From positions 324,136,001 to 324,200,000 of the forward strand of contig OZ024741.1 of assembly GCA_964016885.1 (NCBI GenBank): DNA of 64,000 nt. Direction: 5' to 3'. Position 1 is the stretch's first letter; the number at the start of each line of letters is the position of its first letter. Of this stretch, positions 58,596-64,000 are shown piece after piece. The notes beneath the pieces are model-generated. The model made no database searches. It had not been told where the DNA came from and saw only the letters and a program-made list of their open reading frames with translations. The translations under genes and the position numbers were made by a program. Source of the DNA: Eledone cirrhosa (taxonomy: Eukaryota).

Positions 58596-58743
58596 GTTGA
58601 CCCCATTGCGGCAAAGAATTCCACCGAAGAAGAAAGAGGAACTTGGGGGAATCAGATTGAGTTTTTCTTCACGTGTCTTGGATACGCTGTCGGACTTGGC
58701 AATGTTTGGCGCTTCCCTTACCTATGTTACAAAAATGGAGGAG
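58596..58743 (+). CDS. SLC6: Coding exon of an SLC6 sodium/chloride-dependent neurotransmitter/amino-acid transporter (TM1 region, GlyT-like)
   Basis: ctcag|..|gtgatt boundaries; translates [50 protein letters not shown], the SNF family signature; phase-1 intron after NGG is typical of SLC6 genes. Not present in the ORF track in this frame. Confidence 0.95.
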
Positions 58744-59229
58744 GTGATTATCTCAGAGTTTCTTTTTTGCTTCTGTTTTTCTATTACATAATTTGTTGAT
58801 ATTTTTGTTTCATGTGTTTTCTCATACTTCATAACTAATGTATGTCAGTTGGTAGTTAACGTCAAGGCTATTACGTTAGAACGTCGGGTAGCATACTTAT
58901 CGCTCTGACGTCAGATCCGCCTTTTATCATTTTGAAGTCTATAAATATACCACTAGTGCATTCATTACATGGATCCACTTTTCCTCTCTATCTCATTTCA
59001 CTCTCTTACTCGTTTACCCCTCTCGTTCTCTGGAACAAATTGTTTGTGGTCCGATCTGGCGAGGGAAGTTCTCAGTCAGGTATAAATATCTACGATGCAC
59101 CGTACATAACGACAGCGCCCTTTCAGCTCCATCAAGTGTTAAGGATCTATGACAGCTTTCTCTGAGAGCCTAAGTAGAGCATTGATCAGAGACTGTAATC
59201 TTTCAGAGAAACAAATAACTCTTTTGAAA

Positions 59230-59516
59230 TAAGTGTTTCTACTTTTGGCACAAGGCCAGCAAAGGGGCGTAACTCTATGCCGGAAAGCATGGCATCCGAC
59301 TCTCTACCGATACTGCCAATCCGCTTGAAATAATTATTTCTACTTTTGGCACAAGGCCAGCAATTACCTCCGGTGCATTATTGGTACTTTATTTTATTGA
59401 CACCTTAAGGACAAAGTTAACCTCGGTGGGATTTGAACTCAGATCATAAAGGGCCGTAACTCTATGCTGCAAAGCATGGCGTCCGACCCTCTATCGATAC
59501 TGCCAATCTACCGCCT
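59230..59516 (-). mobile_element. Two SINE copies (one internally deleted)
   Basis: Reverse complement of SINE head, core and tail. Confidence 0.8.
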
Positions 59517-59673
59517 TTGCCACTCTTTTGAAATAATAGTCGAACAGGCCTGCAATTCGAGAAAAGGATTGTTAGTTCAGAAGCTCTTTTTGCCATGCCA
59601 AGCCAGACTGAAACATACACGAAACACATCACTCTCAGAATCAGAACATAGCTGATATTATATTCCAGAAAAG

Positions 59674-59771
<98 letters not shown>

Positions 59772-59915
59772 ATGTAAACAGAAATAACAAAGCATACGAC
59801 ACAGTACAATGAAGAAATATATTAGTTTAACGCTTGAAATGACAGAAAAAGAGTCTTAACGTTTCAGAATCTTGTCCTTCATCAGGAGATAGAATGAGGA
59901 ATAAATGATGAAATT

Positions 59916-59994
<79 letters not shown>

Positions 59995-60050
59995 GAGGAA
60001 AGAACGGAAAAAATATTGAGAAGATAACAAACGTGCATATTCAGTCGGTC

Positions 60051-60119
<69 letters not shown>

Positions 60120-61586
60120 TCCTCTCTCTCTCTCTCTCTCACCTCTCACTATATATATATATATATAGAGAGAGATTTATATATACACACACACACGCAT
60201 ATATATATATATATATACATTTTCATTATGGCTAAGTTAATAATGCAGCAGATAGATTCCATTGAATTTATTCAACGTTATTTATGTAACACGTTTAACT
60301 GTTTTCAGTGCCATATTAGATTTACGAGCGCAAATACGCCAAGACGGAGTGATTAAAAAGTTATTTGGCAAGTGTTACATTTTGATATTAGCTTCTTTGT
60401 TAATATAAATTATTTTTTGTTGAACTATATACGGCATACGGTGAAGTCAATTAAAGAGGTGAGCATGCCTCCCGGCTCATTTTCATGAATGGAATATTTG
60501 TTGTTGTTGGATATCCGTTGGTTCTCACGATGAATCTTTCAAATTAGCGTGCAAGTGACTGAACAGTCTACTTACACGCGTACCTCCAAAGTAATTCTTA
60601 GAGAAATTTAGGGTAACGTGTGTGTAAAAACACAGACTGAATTTACAGGTACAATTAATTGTTGCCAGTTGAATTTTGGAGCAGTGTGATCCAAAATGTT
60701 GGTTCAAATACATAAAACGCCACCAGCAATCGAACTCGCACTTTATGATCGTAAATCAAACACCTTTATAACTAAGCCACACAGCTTCACTTAGATTATC
60801 TATGAAATATATTAAAGTCCCAATTATTAAGGCGATGTTTCTCTGGTTCTATTCAACGAAACAACCTATTTTAAAGGATATATTTAAATCAATATTTGTT
60901 TACATTATTTTGTATGTTAAGTTACTATCTTAGTAATGAAATAATTAACATGTTTTAGTAAATACTCCAAATGTCTTTATTAATTAATTGAAATAAAGTG
61001 TTTTTCATTCGAAATCGGTCATAAAATGTTTTTAGATAAATATAAATTCTTTAAAATAAATATTTTTCTAGCAGTGAATCTGAGTCAGTTTCAGTCGATT
61101 TAATCAATTTGCTATCCAAAGGATTCAAGTTGTATTAAGGTGTGTACATAAATATATGTATTTAATCACAACGACAAACACATACATACATGTTTGATTG
61201 TGTGTGTGAGTACGTGTGTGCATGTGTGTGTTTGCGTATACGTTTTATGTATACATGTATGTAATTTAAATGTATAGCTTTTTCTCTATCATACAGTCAC
61301 ACTCGCTTGTTTTACGTCCTCACACTCCATTTCTGCATTCTTTATTTTCCAATCGAGTCATATTCTTTCAATTTCTCTCTTCATCATCGACTCACTTCGT
61401 CATCTTGTAACTCGATCCATATCAAAAGCCTAAAGTATACAATTTCACACTTCCATTCACTTTACATTAGTGAAACCTTGCAACTAGACAAAGGTATTTA
61501 AAAAAGACAAACCTTTTCCTCTCCATTATCAATATTGAATCAAGAAATTAATTTTTGAGTGATTACCTCAGCTGAGGATGTTCATA

Positions 61587-61619
<33 letters not shown>

Positions 61620-61703
61620 CAAACACACACACAAAAAACAAACACACACAAACGCACACACACATTCGTACATATATATGCGCATATATGTATATAAATT
61701 AAA

Positions 61704-61735
<32 letters not shown>

Positions 61736-63875
61736 ATTCATTTATTTATATATGCATATCTTTGTATACATATGCGCTTATACATATATATATATTTGCG
61801 CATCCATATATATGCATATAATTTGTAACGTCATACAATTTAGAATATTCAATAACTTTTTCCATTACAAATGCAGCAGATTATATATTTTATATACTGC
61901 ATTACAAATGCAGATTATATTGAATAGTTTGAAAATTATTTTTCTAGAGAAAATTAATTCACAACAAAACCACCTAAAAACTAAATAGAAAGATAATAAA
62001 ATAAACTGCTAAAAAACCCATTGGTATATCGTTGTTATTTAAAATAGATGACTTGTGAAGTGTAATTACAACATCTAACATCTGTTGCGATAAATTAAAA
62101 ACACATGGAAACCCAGACAGCGTTCAATATGAAATGTCTTTCGCTTTAGATTACAGAAGATTAAAGATTTTACTTCGAATTCTTTTATTTTATTACACGT
62201 TTATTCTTTTTCTAGTATTAGTTAGTAGACAGTTCACATTCTCGTGCAATACATTCATTTACTTCTAGAGATGATTTTTGCTGCTCATATTAACCCCAGT
62301 GATTTAAGTTATATCCATTTCATCGATTTATTATTTTTGCCGAACCGCTAGGTTAAGGGACAATACTGACACAAATTTCCCTTCTACTTTGTTTCTTCCG
62401 CCATGTTTTCTTATTCCCTCATCCTCCACCCTCTTTTTATTGCTGCGGCTGCAGTCGTTGCAACTCTTCGGGAGAAAAACTGTCTATTGACCCAGCAGAA
62501 CAAAACATGTGTAAATTTTAAGAAATATGCCGCAGTTGAACCTTTAGCCTCTGCATTTCTCAGTTTGGGAAGAACAATAATGTAAATCATATCTTTCCTA
62601 AACATTCTGTCCTTTGATAGGATCTAGAACTACATTTCTAATGTTTTCGTTCCATATTTATGATGTTAAAGTGATGTGAGGGAAATTTGGCTGCAATATC
62701 TTGTAAGTCGAGCAACCCCCGTAGAAGTTTTGTGTGTTTTGTATTCTGGGGTATTCTAATTGATATAATGGAATATGATTTTAGAGTAATTAGCAGTTAT
62801 ATCTAGTAGGACGAATACCCACGTAAGTGTCCTTTCATCGGTAGATATATTGAAATAGAATGGACCTCCGTCAGTTGTGACAAAGATTGCTCCAGTTGTT
62901 CGATCAACAGAACCACCTGATCGTGAAATTAACGTGTAGTTGGCGGGAACAAAACTTAAACAAATTTACAGTTAACTTAATTTTCAGAGAGATACAGTGT
63001 GACCCAGTGTGACAGGGTTGTCTCTTTGAATTACAGGTAGAGTGCATCAGACAAGCTTCCAAACTGTTTTCGTCTATCTCATACCATTCATAAGGCTTGC
63101 GTCGATTCAAGGCTATAATTACGTAAATGACACGTGCATAAGAGGACACGCTTTGGGATCGCGCACGGGACCTCATGATTGCGACGCCGTCTTATTAACC
63201 ATTCGACCATACTGCATTCAAAGATCTTTTGACTTTGTGTCCGGTGAACTTCATAAAAGAACTAACAAATAATCACTATTAATGTTATGTCAAAATCTGT
63301 TTGATTGAAAGGAATGATCATCTTCGAAGAAAAATATGTTTTTGACGACCTACTGACATAACACATATTTACTGGAACATCATATATAATATATTTTCTT
63401 GCTTATATTTCTTGTCTTTCTAATTTTTAATTCATGTAGCGTTTGCCTGAATTTTTCAATTGTTTTAACATATCTATTCCTCTTTATATTAATATATGAA
63501 TCCTTTCCGATTTGTCGTAACTTAAAACTCTATTCCTGTTTGTGTTAACATCAGAATCTCTTTCTAAGTGTTTCGGTATGAAATGTAATATTTCTTTAAT
63601 CTTTCACTGTGTGGATTTGAAATAATGTGGAATCGTGTTATTTTATTTTATTTTTTTCCGAACATTGTACCTGAAAATATAATGCCATATATGCCATATA
63701 TCCACGTTGTTACATGGCTAGTTCAAGGGGTTGTTCTCACTTCTAAACCAACTGTACACCTAACTCCGCGAATATGTGGCATTGTGATTAAGGGAAACAG
63801 TCACATAGGGATCTCTACTATAGCTTCAGATTATGAGTGAAATGTTGTTGACTGACACTGTATGGAAGCCCATCA

Positions 63876-63955
<80 letters not shown>
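63876..63955. repeat. (TATC)n microsatellite
   Basis: Direct reading. Confidence 0.95.
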
Positions 63956-63956
<1 letters not shown>

Positions 63957-64000
63957 GTCTGGGATGGACACACGCGTGAAACTTGCTGGGTAAGTTCTGC

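Noticed and set aside
59850-59890. Reverse-strand CUGAUGA-AGGA caaga UUCU-GAAACGUUA motif
   Set aside because: Core and stem II are present but stem I does not pair in register; counted only as degenerate
62403-62450. CFLIP-like string as the possible next SLC6 exon (AFLIPY)
   Set aside because: No AG acceptor in the correct position and the downstream residues do not match TM2

Overview
AT-rich, microsatellite-dense eukaryotic (animal) genomic DNA. The repeat content suggests a coleoid cephalopod such as Octopus, which is my inference. Most ORFs in the track are microsatellite translation artefacts. The only recognisable host coding sequence is one exon of an SLC6 (neurotransmitter:sodium symporter, GlyT-like) gene at 58596-58743 (+), plus a candidate 15-nt micro-exon at 50889-50903. 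The rest is transposon-derived. It includes an internally deleted mariner, many tRNA-derived SINEs, Tx1/L1-clade and Dong/R4-clade LINEs nested in (TAA)n tracts, a bipartite RTE derivative, and a head-to-tail non-autonomous Helitron array. It also includes several Penelope-like elements (PLEs), two of them with the Naiad-type CxCx5Cx5C linker, inserted in (TA)n tracts. The main hidden signal is about 15-18 hammerhead-ribozyme (HHR) motifs of several architectures, read by eye. They lie in PLE 3' ends and in ORF-less inverted or tandem pLTR/retrozyme-like units. Most minus-strand copies have intact cores, while several plus-strand twins (sense to the SLC6 gene) carry catalytic-core mutations. 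No folding, alignment or database search was run.
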